Origin: Calditrichales bacterium
Lineage (GTDB): Bacteria > Calditrichota > Calditrichia > Calditrichales > J004
Direction of reading: 5' to 3'
Length of the DNA stretch: 64,000 nt
Assembly: GCA_965267575.1 (NCBI GenBank)
Contig: OZ254086.1
Coordinates: forward strand, 2,848,001 to 2,912,000
The position numbers and the translations under genes are program-made. How positions within the stretch are numbered: position 1 is the first letter of the stretch; each line of letters opens with the position of its first letter. A model generated the notes under the pieces. The model was not told the DNA's origin, did no database searches, and saw only the letters and a program-made list of their open reading frames with translations. This document shows positions 46,375-57,100 of this stretch, piece by piece.

Positions 46375-47261
46375 AACGGGAAACCGCGCAAAAACTTTTT
46401 GCTCTCAGCTTTAAAACATGTGAATTACTTTTGCCGCCGCTGGCCAAGCGCTGGGGCAGAAAGCTCTTTTTTACACCGTTCCGCCATAAACGCCCGGCAC
46501 GGGAAATGAAAGCCTGGCGCGAAGCATGGAAACAGGAACTGCCCATTGAGATTGATGTGGCGCAACGCCGCTACCGGACCCATTACCGTTTTTACCGTTG
46601 GGGCAAAGACGGCGGCCCGCGTGTTTTGCTTATTCACGGCTGGTCGGGCAGGGCAACGCAGCTTTCGGTGATTGCCGAAGAGCTGGTCAAAGCCGGCTTT
46701 GATGTGCTGGCTTTTGACGGGCTGGCCCACGGCGATTCTCCCGGCAAGCACACCAACCTGCTGGAATTCAATGCCATTGTGCAGGACATAAACAGGCGCT
46801 TTGGGCCACTCGACGCCATAGTGGGGCACTCCTTCGGCGGCGTTGTCGGCGCGCTGTCGCATAACCATAGTGTTGCGCTGAATGCGCTCGTTACCATCGG
46901 CACCCCTGTAACCATGGATTATCTGCTGGATGAATTCACCCGCATCATTGGCGCCGGGCGCAAAACACGGGCGGCTATTCTGGAATACACGGAAAGCCGC
47001 ATCGATGTGGAGCTTGATGCTTTTTCACCACAACGCCTGCTCAAAGACAGCAATCTGCCCGGCCTGATCATCCATGACCGGGAAGACAAAGAGTCCGATT
47101 ACAGGCAGGCACCGCAGCTTAACGAGGCCTGGCGCGGCGCGGCGCTCAAACTCACTTCCGGGCTGGGACATCAGAGAATTTTACGCGATTCCTCCACTGC
47201 CCGCATGATAGCACAGTTCCTTGAAAATGAGCTGGTTCACAGCGGCGAAAAAACGATCTGA
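46371..47261 (+). CDS. Alpha/beta hydrolase
   Basis: LIHGWSG, AHGDS.G, GHSFGG, IHDRED, GLGHQRIL. Confidence 0.9.
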   Translation: MKRETAQKLFALSFKTCELLLPPLAKRWGRKLFFTPFRHKRPAREMKAWREAWKQELPIEIDVAQRRYRTHYRFYRWGKDGGPRVLLIHGWSGRATQLSVIAEELVKAGFDVLAFDGLAHGDSPGKHTNLLEFNAIVQDINRRFGPLDAIVGHSFGGVVGALSHNHSVALNALVTIGTPVTMDYLLDEFTRIIGAGRKTRAAILEYTESRIDVELDAFSPQRLLKDSNLPGLIIHDREDKESDYRQAPQLNEAWRGAALKLTSGLGHQRILRDSSTARMIAQFLENELVHSGEKTI

Positions 47262-47321
47262 CGCTTTAATACAATCGCCGGATTTTGTAATTTTTATTTT
47301 TGCCAAAAACGGAGGATGACA

Positions 47322-48170
47322 ATGAAATATGTTGGCGCCCATGTCAGTGCGTCCGGCGGAGTGCAAAACGCGCCGCTAAACGCCGCGGAAATCGGTGCAA
47401 CGGCTTTTGCGCTGTTCGTGAAAAATCAACGCCAGTGGTTTGCCAAACCGCTGGAAGATGAAAATATTGACGGTTTTAAGGAGAACCTGGAAGAAGCGGG
47501 CTTTGACATAAAACATGTGTTGCCGCACGACAGCTATCTGATAAATCTGGGCCATCCCGAAAAAGAGGGTATTGAAAAATCGCGAAACTCCTTTTTAAAG
47601 GAAGTGAAGCGCTGTGAACAGCTTGGAATCGGGTTGCTCAACTTTCATCCGGGCAGCCACCTGAAAAAGATATCCGAGGAAGAGTGCCTTGATCGCATCG
47701 CCGAATCGCTGAACATAACGCTGGAAAAGAGCAGCGGGGTTACCCTTGTGATCGAAAATACGGCCGGGCAGGGAAGCAATGTGGGCTATAAATTTGAACA
47801 CCTGGCCCATATCATCGACAAAGTAGAGGACAAAAAACGGATCGGCGTCTGCATCGATACCTGCCATGCTTTTGCCGCCGGATACAACATTACAGGCGAG
47901 GACAGCTTTAAAAAAGCCTTTGCCCAATTTGATGACATTGTCGGGTTTGGCTATCTCAAGGGTATGCATCTCAATGATTCCAAAAAAGCGCTGGGCAGCC
48001 GTGTTGACCGTCATGAAAGCCTCGGTGACGGCGAAATGGGCTGGGAGCCTTTTAAACTGATCATGCAGGACAAGCGCTTTGACGACATACCGCTCATCCT
48101 GGAAACCCCAAATCCTGAGCGCTGGCCGGAGGAAATCAAAAAACTCCGCGAATTTGGGAAAGAAAAATAA
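47322..48170 (+). CDS. nfo: Endonuclease IV
   Basis: [48 protein letters not shown]. Confidence 0.97.
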   Translation: MKYVGAHVSASGGVQNAPLNAAEIGATAFALFVKNQRQWFAKPLEDENIDGFKENLEEAGFDIKHVLPHDSYLINLGHPEKEGIEKSRNSFLKEVKRCEQLGIGLLNFHPGSHLKKISEEECLDRIAESLNITLEKSSGVTLVIENTAGQGSNVGYKFEHLAHIIDKVEDKKRIGVCIDTCHAFAAGYNITGEDSFKKAFAQFDDIVGFGYLKGMHLNDSKKALGSRVDRHESLGDGEMGWEPFKLIMQDKRFDDIPLILETPNPERWPEEIKKLREFGKEK

Positions 48171-48378
48171 AAACGATGTTTATGCTTTTTTAACCACAGT
48201 TGGCCGCCATCCCGGCTTGTCCCGGTGCTTTAATGGGTTGGCGATTAGCAAAGGCGGGATCTCCCGCCGGGCGAGGCCCTTTGGTATCTTAGCCCTCTTT
48301 TGTGCTTGCCGCGACGATCTTCTCTTCGTAATATGTTTTTCGCAAAGGCCCCGTTGTAATTAACCTGGGGAGGTGATC

Positions 48379-48579
48379 ATGATCCGTTTAGATCTAAGCA
48401 CCGACGAGCAGTACGCGCTTTACTGTATCCTTCAAAACAATCTCGCCGAACTACGCTCGGAAATCAATCACACCGACAGCTCTCTTTTCCGCGACGCACT
48501 GCGCAAACGCAAGCAGGTTTTGCTCAAAGTGATAGAAGCCCTGCGCCTGCAGGGAGTGGAAGAAAAGTCTTTTGCCTGA
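48379..48579 (+). CDS. Small hypothetical helical protein
   Basis: GGAGG SD; ELRSEINHTD...FRDALRKRK; 12 nt upstream of the GYD gene. Confidence 0.65.
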   Translation: MIRLDLSTDEQYALYCILQNNLAELRSEINHTDSSLFRDALRKRKQVLLKVIEALRLQGVEEKSFA

Positions 48580-48591
48580 AAGGAGGAAGCC

Positions 48592-48891
48592 ATGCAAACC
48601 TATATTTTAATGACCAAGTTGTCCGCCGACGCGCGGGAACTGAGGCAGCGCGCCAGGCTGGGCCGCGAGTGGTTGGATGAAGTGAAAGAGAAATGTCCGG
48701 AGGTGAAATTTATCAGCCACTATGCCATTTTGGGTTCTTATGATTTCCTGGACATTTTTGAAGCGCCGGATGCTGAAACGGCCGCCAAGGTTTCTCTGAT
48801 AAGCCAGAAACACGGCGCCCTGAATGCTGAAAGCCGCGTCGCCATCCCTTATAAGCGTTTTCTTGATTTGACTGAGGAGTTGATAAAATAA
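48592..48891 (+). CDS. GYD domain protein
   Basis: YILMTKL..., YAILGSYDFLDIFEAPD.ETAAK; AAGGAGG SD. Confidence 0.8.
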   Translation: MQTYILMTKLSADARELRQRARLGREWLDEVKEKCPEVKFISHYAILGSYDFLDIFEAPDAETAAKVSLISQKHGALNAESRVAIPYKRFLDLTEELIK

Positions 48892-48918
48892 AAAAGGCCT
48901 CCACTAAAGTGAAGGCCT
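48891..48918. terminator. Hairpin between convergent genes (probable terminator)
   Basis: aaaaaggcct.cact..agtg.aggcct. Confidence 0.6.
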
Positions 48919-48933
48919 GTACAAAGGGTGTGT

Positions 48934-51102
48934 TTAGTGCGATCCCTGCATCGGCGGAGCAACATCCATTTCGTCGATCAGGTAATCGGCGCCGGCAAAT
49001 TTTTCGGTTATAAACAGTACGTAGCGGATATCCACGGAAATGGTGCGCTGCATGTCATAGTTATACTGCCAGTCGCTGGTCATGGCTTCGTAGTTACCGT
49101 CAAAGGCAAGACCTATCAGCTCGCCGCGTGCGTTCATTACGGCGCTGCCGCTGTTACCACCGGTGATATCGCAGCGGTGCAGAAAGTTGACCGGTACATC
49201 GCCAAGTTCCGGATCCACCCATTGACCGAAATCGCGGTTTTCATATAATTCAGCCAGTTTTTCCGGCATATCAAAGGGAACGATTCCCGAATTCTTCTCC
49301 AGAACTCCCTTGAGCCTGGTAAACGGCGCGTATGTCACGGCATCGGCCGGTTTGTAGCCTGCCACATGGCCGTAGGTGAAACGCATCGTACTGTTGGCGT
49401 CCGGATAGAGATTGTCCCCTTTCCAGGCGAACAAAGCTTCGATGTAGCGTCTTCTCAAATCGTCCAGACGGGCATCCTGTGCTTTGTTGCGCTCGGTGTA
49501 TGCTTCGCGGTCGGCGTAGATTGTTTCGGCCAGTTCAAAAAGCGGTTCATTAAGTTCCTTTAATTCCGCTGCCGTTTTGCCCACAAGCGACAAGACGAAT
49601 TCCTGATCCTTCAGGCGGCTTTTTTCATATACTTCGTCAACATAATTCTGCGGGTTGTTTCCGGCCAGAGCAAGGGCGGCTTCAATGCCCGGCGTAAGGT
49701 CTTTCTTGTCCAAGGCTGCCGTCAGATTCAGGACGCGCAGCAGCAAAGCCTTGTCCACCGGCTCATAATAGCGCAGGAAGGAATATTTCAGACGGTCGCT
49801 GATTTTTTGCAGCGCTTTTTCGTCATATTCGTCATCACGTTCTTCGACCGGCTTTTCCAGTTCCCTGCCCAGATCATAAAGCGTCAGGGCAATGGAAGTC
49901 AGCGTCCCGCTGCGATAGCCGAACTGAATCAGGGCGTCATCCTGCAGAAGCGTTTGTTCCATTTGAGTGTACTCGGCGGCGATGCCGTCAAATACATCGC
50001 CATATTTTTCATACAACTCGTCATCATTTTTTAAAAAGGCGATCAGATCGGCTTCTGCGGCCCGCTTTTCGTCGACAAAATTTGTTTTAGTCATGCCGTC
50101 AATATTGCCCTGGTAATTCTTCATCGAGTTTTCCAGACCGGCTTTATAGCTGGCCAGCTTGATCCTGCCCTCGGGTGAATCGGCAGTAATTTCATCGATC
50201 AGGTCGATAAGCGCGCGGTATTGCTGCACACGACCGGGGTAGAAATATTTAAGACTGTAATCGACCGAATAGGATGTACGGTAGCGCGATGTTCTGCCCG
50301 GGTTGCCCATGATAAAGGTGAAGTCGCCCTCCTTAAGGTCCCCGGAAGCGACTTTCAGCCAGCGTTTTGGTTGCAGCGGTACGTTCTCTTCGCTGTATTT
50401 GGCGCCGCTGCCGTCCGGGCCCTGGTAAACACGCAGAAAGGTGAAATCACCTGTATGACGCGGCCACATCCAGTTGTCGATCTCATCGCCGTAGTTGCCA
50501 ATGGATCGCGGCGGAGCATAAACGATGCGCACGTCGTGATAGGTTTTGTAAACATATTGATGGTAAACGGCGCCATTATACATGGACGAAATGCGCACGT
50601 AGATGTCATCACGATCGCCGCTTATTTCTTTTTTGATCTTTCTTATTTCCTCGTCAATGGCCTTTTCCCGTTCCTGCACATCATCAATGCCTTCAACGGC
50701 AACGTTGATTTTTTCGGTAATGTCTTCAACACTTTGTAAAACAGAAGCACTTCCACCGATTACGGGAATCTCATCGTTATGGCTTTGTGCCAGGAATCCG
50801 TCCGTTATGTAGTCCACGCCGGCCGCACTGGACGAGCGCTGCAACGCACCAAAAGCACAGTGGTGGTTGGTTAGAACAAGCCCCTGTGATGAAACCAGGG
50901 ATGCAGAACAGCTGCCAAAGTTGAGCATGACAATGGCGTCTTTGATTGACGGATTATCCGTGCTGTAGATATCTTCAACGTTGATTTCAAGACCCTTTTC
51001 CTTTAGCGGCAGGTCTTCAATCTGTGTGAGCAGCCACATGCCTTCCTCGGCAAAAAGCGATCCGGCCGCAAAGATTAGTATAACGGCAAACCGACGTAAC
51101 AT
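48934..51102 (-). CDS. S46 dipeptidyl peptidase (DPP7-like)
   Basis: EEGMW, TNHHC, NWMWPRHTGDF, YPDANSTMR, DITGGNSGS, GLAFDGN; AGGAGG SD at the 51102 start. Confidence 0.93.
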   Translation of the reverse strand: MLRRFAVILIFAAGSLFAEEGMWLLTQIEDLPLKEKGLEINVEDIYSTDNPSIKDAIVMLNFGSCSASLVSSQGLVLTNHHCAFGALQRSSSAAGVDYITDGFLAQSHNDEIPVIGGSASVLQSVEDITEKINVAVEGIDDVQEREKAIDEEIRKIKKEISGDRDDIYVRISSMYNGAVYHQYVYKTYHDVRIVYAPPRSIGNYGDEIDNWMWPRHTGDFTFLRVYQGPDGSGAKYSEENVPLQPKRWLKVASGDLKEGDFTFIMGNPGRTSRYRTSYSVDYSLKYFYPGRVQQYRALIDLIDEITADSPEGRIKLASYKAGLENSMKNYQGNIDGMTKTNFVDEKRAAEADLIAFLKNDDELYEKYGDVFDGIAAEYTQMEQTLLQDDALIQFGYRSGTLTSIALTLYDLGRELEKPVEERDDEYDEKALQKISDRLKYSFLRYYEPVDKALLLRVLNLTAALDKKDLTPGIEAALALAGNNPQNYVDEVYEKSRLKDQEFVLSLVGKTAAELKELNEPLFELAETIYADREAYTERNKAQDARLDDLRRRYIEALFAWKGDNLYPDANSTMRFTYGHVAGYKPADAVTYAPFTRLKGVLEKNSGIVPFDMPEKLAELYENRDFGQWVDPELGDVPVNFLHRCDITGGNSGSAVMNARGELIGLAFDGNYEAMTSDWQYNYDMQRTISVDIRYVLFITEKFAGADYLIDEMDVAPPMQGSH

Positions 51103-51252
51103 TTTTTCCTCCTGATGAAAAATTTCACTAAACAGCCAAATATACAAAGCTTTTATTGAAAAAACCGAATAATTTGCGGTTCTTTGATTGTTCTTGAATG
51201 TTTAAAGTAAACCCTTATTTTTTTAGAGGCACTTCATTAAAAAGGAAAAGAA

Positions 51253-53415
51253 ATGAGACGTACGATTTTGTTGCTGTTTGGTGTTGTTACTTTGCTTTAT
51301 GCCGGAAATCCGCTGACCCTCGACGCGATTTTCAAGGATCATGCTTTTAAGCCGCATAGCCCCGCGCAGTTGGCCTGGGTACCCGGCCAAAAAGCGCTGA
51401 CCTGGCTTGAAAAGGCTGATGACGGAACAGGGCTTATCCGCTATGATGTCTTGGCGGACAATGAGGAAGTCCTGGTTGCGGCAGACGCTTTTCGCCATCC
51501 TCTTACGGCAAATGAGCTGACGGTAGCTTCTTATAAATGGGTGGATCCGCAGACATTGCTGATTGCGGCCGATGAAAAGAGCATCTGGCGCCATTCCGTG
51601 AAAGCGCGTTACTTTTTGATTGACATAAAGACGCAGGAGATTCGTTCCCTGTTGCCCGGCGATCCCTATCTGCAATATGTCAAGAGCGCACCGGACGGTA
51701 AAAAGATAGGCTTTGTGAAAGAAAACGATCTGTATGTTTTAAATTTGCCGGACAACAAGCTGAAGCGTCTCACTTCCGACGGCTCCGCTACGATTTTAAA
51801 CGGCCGCTTCGATTGGGTGTATGAAGAAGAATTTTCCATCAGTGATGGCTGGAGCTGGTCGCCCGATGGCAGCAAAATTGCTTTCTGGCGCTTTGATCAG
51901 AGCATGGTTCCAACCTACAGCTGGCTTGATTACCGGCCGCTAAGCGGCGAGGTGGTAACGATTCATTATCCCAAAGCGGGACAAAGTAACGCCCGCGTGT
52001 CCATCCATGTGGCGGACCTGGAAACTGGCGAGATTGTCGATGCGGGACAATCTGTCTTTAACGAAAGCTACCTGCCGCGCATGGAATGGCTTAACAATGA
52101 ACGGCTGATAGTGCAGAATCTGAACCGTGCTCAAAACAGCCTGGCCCTTCTTAATGTCGATTTCCGTAACGGCCGGGCCGATACGATCCTGGTGGAGCAT
52201 AATGAAGCCTGGGTGAATGTGGATGACGACCTGAAGATGCTTGAGGATGGCCGTTTTCTCTGGACATCTGAGCGTGACGGATTTAACCATATCTACCTTG
52301 GTGATGCAAACGGCACTTCGCTTAAGCAAATTACCAGCGGCAAGTGGGAAGTCGTATCCGTTTACGGCAGCGATGGGGAATATGTCTATTTTAAAGCCAA
52401 CAGGGAGGCTGTCAGCGATTATCACATCTACAAGGTAAAAACAGATGGCAGTGACCCGACCCGACTGGTAAGTGAACCGGGCCGCCATGAAGCTGTTTTT
52501 TCAGCAGATTTTGCGCTGTTTGTGGACAGGTGGTCCTCGGTTTCGCGGCTGAGGCAGTGGGATATCGTGGACAATGGCGGAAAGCCTCTGCGCACGCTTG
52601 TGGAAAACAGTGCGCCGGCTGACAGGTATAACCTTGTCGTTCCGCAGTTCGGCAGCTTCAATACCAGTGATGGCGTGTCGCTTAATACGCTAAGCTACTT
52701 TCCACCCGACTTTGACGCTGAAAAAAAATATCCCGTTTTGATGTATGGCTATGGCGGTCCGGGTTCTCAAACTGTGCGCAATACATTTGGCCCCCGTTAC
52801 TATCATCAGCAGCGTCACGTCTGGTTTATGTATCTGGCACAGCAGGGCTATATTGTTTTTATCCTGGATAACCGTGGTTCCGGCGGCCGCGGCAAAGCCT
52901 TTAAAAATTACAGTTACGGGGATTTAAGCAAATACGCCGTAGAAGATCACCTGGCAGGCGCGCGCTACCTGGCCGGATTGCCTTATGTGGACAAGGAACG
53001 TATCGGTATCTGGGGCTGGAGCTTTGGCGGCTATCTTACGCTGCACGCCCTGTCGCGCGATAGCGGGCTGTTCCGGATGGGCATTTCCGTGGCGCCGGTA
53101 AGCGATTTCCGCTGGTATGATACAATCTACACGGAACGTTTTATGCGCACACCGCAACAAAACCCGCAGGGCTATGACGCAGCTTCAGCATTTAGTTATC
53201 TCGACGGCTACGACGGCAGCCTGCTGTTGATCCATGGAACGGCCGATGATAATGTGCATGTTCAGCATGCCATGAATTATATGGAAGCTTTGCAGCAGCG
53301 TGCCGCGCCCTTTGATGTAATGCTTTATCCCGGGTTAAACCACAGGCTGGATGAAGGAAACAGCTTTTTACACCTGCATAAGATGATGACGGATTACATC
53401 ATGGAGAATTTATAG
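51253..53415 (+). CDS. S9B dipeptidyl peptidase IV-like
   Basis: DWVYEEE, YPKAG, YGGPGSQ, GWSFGG, DDNVH, NH. Confidence 0.93.
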   Translation: MRRTILLLFGVVTLLYAGNPLTLDAIFKDHAFKPHSPAQLAWVPGQKALTWLEKADDGTGLIRYDVLADNEEVLVAADAFRHPLTANELTVASYKWVDPQTLLIAADEKSIWRHSVKARYFLIDIKTQEIRSLLPGDPYLQYVKSAPDGKKIGFVKENDLYVLNLPDNKLKRLTSDGSATILNGRFDWVYEEEFSISDGWSWSPDGSKIAFWRFDQSMVPTYSWLDYRPLSGEVVTIHYPKAGQSNARVSIHVADLETGEIVDAGQSVFNESYLPRMEWLNNERLIVQNLNRAQNSLALLNVDFRNGRADTILVEHNEAWVNVDDDLKMLEDGRFLWTSERDGFNHIYLGDANGTSLKQITSGKWEVVSVYGSDGEYVYFKANREAVSDYHIYKVKTDGSDPTRLVSEPGRHEAVFSADFALFVDRWSSVSRLRQWDIVDNGGKPLRTLVENSAPADRYNLVVPQFGSFNTSDGVSLNTLSYFPPDFDAEKKYPVLMYGYGGPGSQTVRNTFGPRYYHQQRHVWFMYLAQQGYIVFILDNRGSGGRGKAFKNYSYGDLSKYAVEDHLAGARYLAGLPYVDKERIGIWGWSFGGYLTLHALSRDSGLFRMGISVAPVSDFRWYDTIYTERFMRTPQQNPQGYDAASAFSYLDGYDGSLLLIHGTADDNVHVQHAMNYMEALQQRAAPFDVMLYPGLNHRLDEGNSFLHLHKMMTDYIMENL

Positions 53416-54111
53416 ACCGGCCATTTCGCGGAATTTCTTTGCCAGCGCCGGGCCCGTGCCCTCGTCTTCGTGCTTGAAAAAGATATAAGCCGTTTCCCAG
53501 CCCCGGCTTTTAACCTTTTCAACGCGCGCATGCAATTCATCGTCGCTGTAGGCGCTGCGCCTTAACCGCAGGTAGGTCCAGGGGGCGGTTTTAATAAAAT
53601 CGGCGTCCGGCTGGTCGTCCGTTTCGGCAATTACCAGGGCCATGTTGTTTTCTCGCAGCAGGTCGAATGTCTCCTCGTCCATCCAGCTTTCATGGCGAAA
53701 CTCAAAAGCTGCGGGCAGGGCACGCGGGATCAGCGGCAGGAATGTTTTTAGCCGTTCGATATCTTTTTTAAGGTTGGGCGGAAGCTGAAAGAGCAGGGCG
53801 CCCAGTTTATCATCCAGCGTTAAAACATTCGCCGTTAAAAATTCCATTTCTTCGGCTGTGTCTTTAAGGCGCTTACGGTGGGTGATTTTTTGTGAAGCTT
53901 TGAGAATAAAACGAAAACCCTGCGGCACCTGGGAAGCCCAGTCTTCAAGGTTTTCCTTTTTAGGCATCCGGTAAAAAGTATTGTTTATTTCCACGGTGTT
54001 GAGCTTTGTGGCGTAGTAGCCAAGCATCTCGCTGGCTGGGATTTTTTCAGGGTAAAACGAGCCCTTCCACTCTTTATAGCTGTAGCCGCTGGTACCGCAA
54101 AAGATCTGCAT
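53410..54111 (-). CDS. DUF72 family protein
   Basis: GTSGYSY.EW.G.FYP, VEINNTFY, LFQLPP, EFRH.SW, YLRLR. Confidence 0.92.
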   Translation of the reverse strand: MQIFCGTSGYSYKEWKGSFYPEKIPASEMLGYYATKLNTVEINNTFYRMPKKENLEDWASQVPQGFRFILKASQKITHRKRLKDTAEEMEFLTANVLTLDDKLGALLFQLPPNLKKDIERLKTFLPLIPRALPAAFEFRHESWMDEETFDLLRENNMALVIAETDDQPDADFIKTAPWTYLRLRRSAYSDDELHARVEKVKSRGWETAYIFFKHEDEGTGPALAKKFREMAGL

Positions 54112-54160
54112 GGTTGTTCTCCTTTTTTGGTGGCCAATATAAAGGAGAAAGGCGGCACAC

Positions 54161-57100
54161 TCAATCGACGGGCTGTTTCTGGCCGGCCCCGGCTTCGCTG
54201 AACTGTGCCAGCGCCTTTTTCAGTTCGGCAAGCTTTATAGGCTTGGAAATGTAGCCGTCCATGCCGGCATGCAAGCATTTTTCGCGGTCGCCTTTCATGG
54301 CGTTTGCCGTCAATGCCAGGATGGGGATGCTTCCGTTGGCGTTCTCTTTTTCCGTTTCGCGGATATGTGCGGTTGCTTTATAACCGTCCATGCGCGGCAT
54401 TTGAATATCCATCAGGACCAGATCGAAGGACGTTTCACGGTACATGTTCAGGGCTTCAAGCCCGTCCTCTGCGATTTCCACATCGTGGCCCATGCTTTCC
54501 AGAAGCCGACGGGCAACCTTTTGGTTAATCACGTTGTCCTCGGCCAGCAAAATGCGCATCGGCCTGGAAAGCGGCTCGGTCTGTTGCGTTTCCGGTTTGT
54601 CTTTGTGGCCGTTCGTTTCAATGCTGCCGGCGCTGCCGATTTTAAACCGGGCTTCGAAAAAGAAACAGCTTCCGGGGCCGATTTCGTCCGGGGTGTTTGC
54701 AGTCAAGTCCAGCACAGGTTGCAGCCTGCCCGGGTTTACGGGGCTGCTGACGCCCATCTTGCCACCCATCAGTTGTACCAGCATGTTGGAAATGGTAAGG
54801 CCCAGGCCCGTTCCGCCAAAGTGACGCGTGGTAGAGCCGTCTGCTTGCGTGAAGGCATTGAAGACATCGTTCTGCTTGTTCTTAGGTACGCCGATCCCGC
54901 TGTCCAGAACGCTGAACTGTAAAGTAACATAACCTTTATCAACCTCGCGTTTGCGCACTTCGAGAATCACGCCGCCCTTGTTTGTAAACTTTAGGGAATT
55001 GCCAATCAGGTTGATCAGCACCTGGCGCAGCCTGTCCGGGTCACCCACAACATGCTGTGGTATGTCCGGGTCGCAATTGTGGCACACAACGAGCAGTTTT
55101 TCCTGGGCGCGTATGCGCTGCACCTTCACCAGATCATGCAGCAGTTCGGGCAGATTAAAACGGATGGGGCTCAGTTCCAGCTTACCTGCTTCGATCTTTG
55201 AAAAATCCAGGATATCATTCAGGATAACCAGCAGCGACTCGGCGGATGATTGTATCATCTGGATATAATCGATCTGGTCTGCCGACATATCTGTCTGGCT
55301 TAGCAGTGTGGCCATACCCAGGATGCCGTTCATCGGGGTACGGATTTCATGGCTCATGTTAGCCAGAAATTCGCTTTTGGCGCGGTTTGCTTCACGTTCC
55401 CGGTGGCGCGCGGAAACCAGCTCATGCACGTCGAAATCCATGCCGATGAGACCGATAACCTCCCCGCTGCCGTTTATCATCGGGATCTTTGTGATAGAAT
55501 AGAAGCGCTTTTCCTCGCCGTATTGCAGCAGGCGTTCCGTCTGCAGGGGCCGCTTTGTTTCCAGCACGCCGAAATCCTCTTCCTGGCTGCGTACGGCGGC
55601 ATCGTTATTAAAAACCTCGATCGATGTTTTGCCGCGCACCGAAGAAATGGTCTTGCCGGTACTGTTCAGGAAAGCACGGTTTACGCTTACATAGCGCAGG
55701 CCCGGGTCTTTAAAGTAGATAATCGCCGGCGTATGGTCGAGGATCAGTTTCAACTCCTGTTCGCGCATGGCAATACGGTTGCGCGATTCCCTCAATTCCA
55801 TCGTCCGTGATTTGACCTGTTCCTCCAGCGCCATCCTGTTTTTGCGGAAAATATTGACACGCCAGCGATAAAATCCCAGGAACAGCATGGCAACGGATAG
55901 GGCAGCCAGCATATAAAACCACATTGTTTTCCAGTATGGCGGTGGAATTTCGAAACCCGCTTTAATGGGATCACTCCAATCCTGTAAATATTTTCTGGCC
56001 TGTACATTGAGCTCGTATTCGCCGGGCGGCAGGTTCACGATTCTAATTTCGTTTTCAGAGAGATCGACCCACTTATCATTATAACCGCGCAGCATGTAGC
56101 GGAAAGAGATACGATCGCGGTGAACGCTGTATGTGCTGCTGGTGATTTTTGCGTAAAGCGTATTGTCTTCGTGCGTGATACCCGTTGTATCCGCGGCTTT
56201 ACTTCCAAGACGGATATCTTCAAACCGCAAATGAGGAGGCGCGCTGATGTCCTGGTCGCGGGCCGGAAAATAGTGGCTTAGTCCGTTGCCGGTACCAAAC
56301 CAGATGGTGCTGTCGGTATCGAGGAAAAAGCCGCCGGCGTTGGATTCCGTGCTGGCATAACCCTCATAGAGACTGTAATTGCGGAAATAGTTTCCATCAA
56401 AACGATCCACGCCGCGGGCATGGCCAATCCAGAGGTTTTGATCATAATCCTCGCCGATGGAAAAGACAGCGTTATTGGCCAGCCCGTCCCTGCTGGTATA
56501 CGTTTTAAATTTTTTGCCGTCGAATCGTGTGATGCCGCGTGAAGAATGATAGCCAAACCAAATGGCGCCGTTCTTGTCCTCAAACAGGAAATAGGGATCA
56601 TTGCCGGCAAGGCCATCCTTTACGGTAAAGGTGCGCCAGGCCAATCCGTCATGGCGCGAAAGCCCTTTGTCCCCGCTGATCCACAAATAACCGTTTTTAT
56701 CATAAATCATGCGCGCGTTGTTGAATTGATTGCCCGGAACGCTGACTTTTTCCAGCACTCCGTTGCTGTAGCGAAAAACGCCATTATAACGAATAGACAC
56801 CAGCAATGAGCCCTGCGGTTCTTCCAGCAGCCAAATGACCCAACCTTCGCTGCCCGGCACGTGATGGAATTTCCCGGGATTATCCATATAGCATAAACCT
56901 TTTTGGGTTCCAATCCACAGCCGTCCGGATGCTCCTTCATGCAAAGCAAAAACCCGGTCGTGACTTAAACCGTCCTGCATAGTGTAATTGATGATTTTAT
57001 CTTCACGGATCAGCGACAATCCGCCATAGGTTCCTATCCACAGCAGGCCGCGTCTGTCACGCAGAATAGGACGGACAACGTCGCTTCCCAACCCGTCCCT

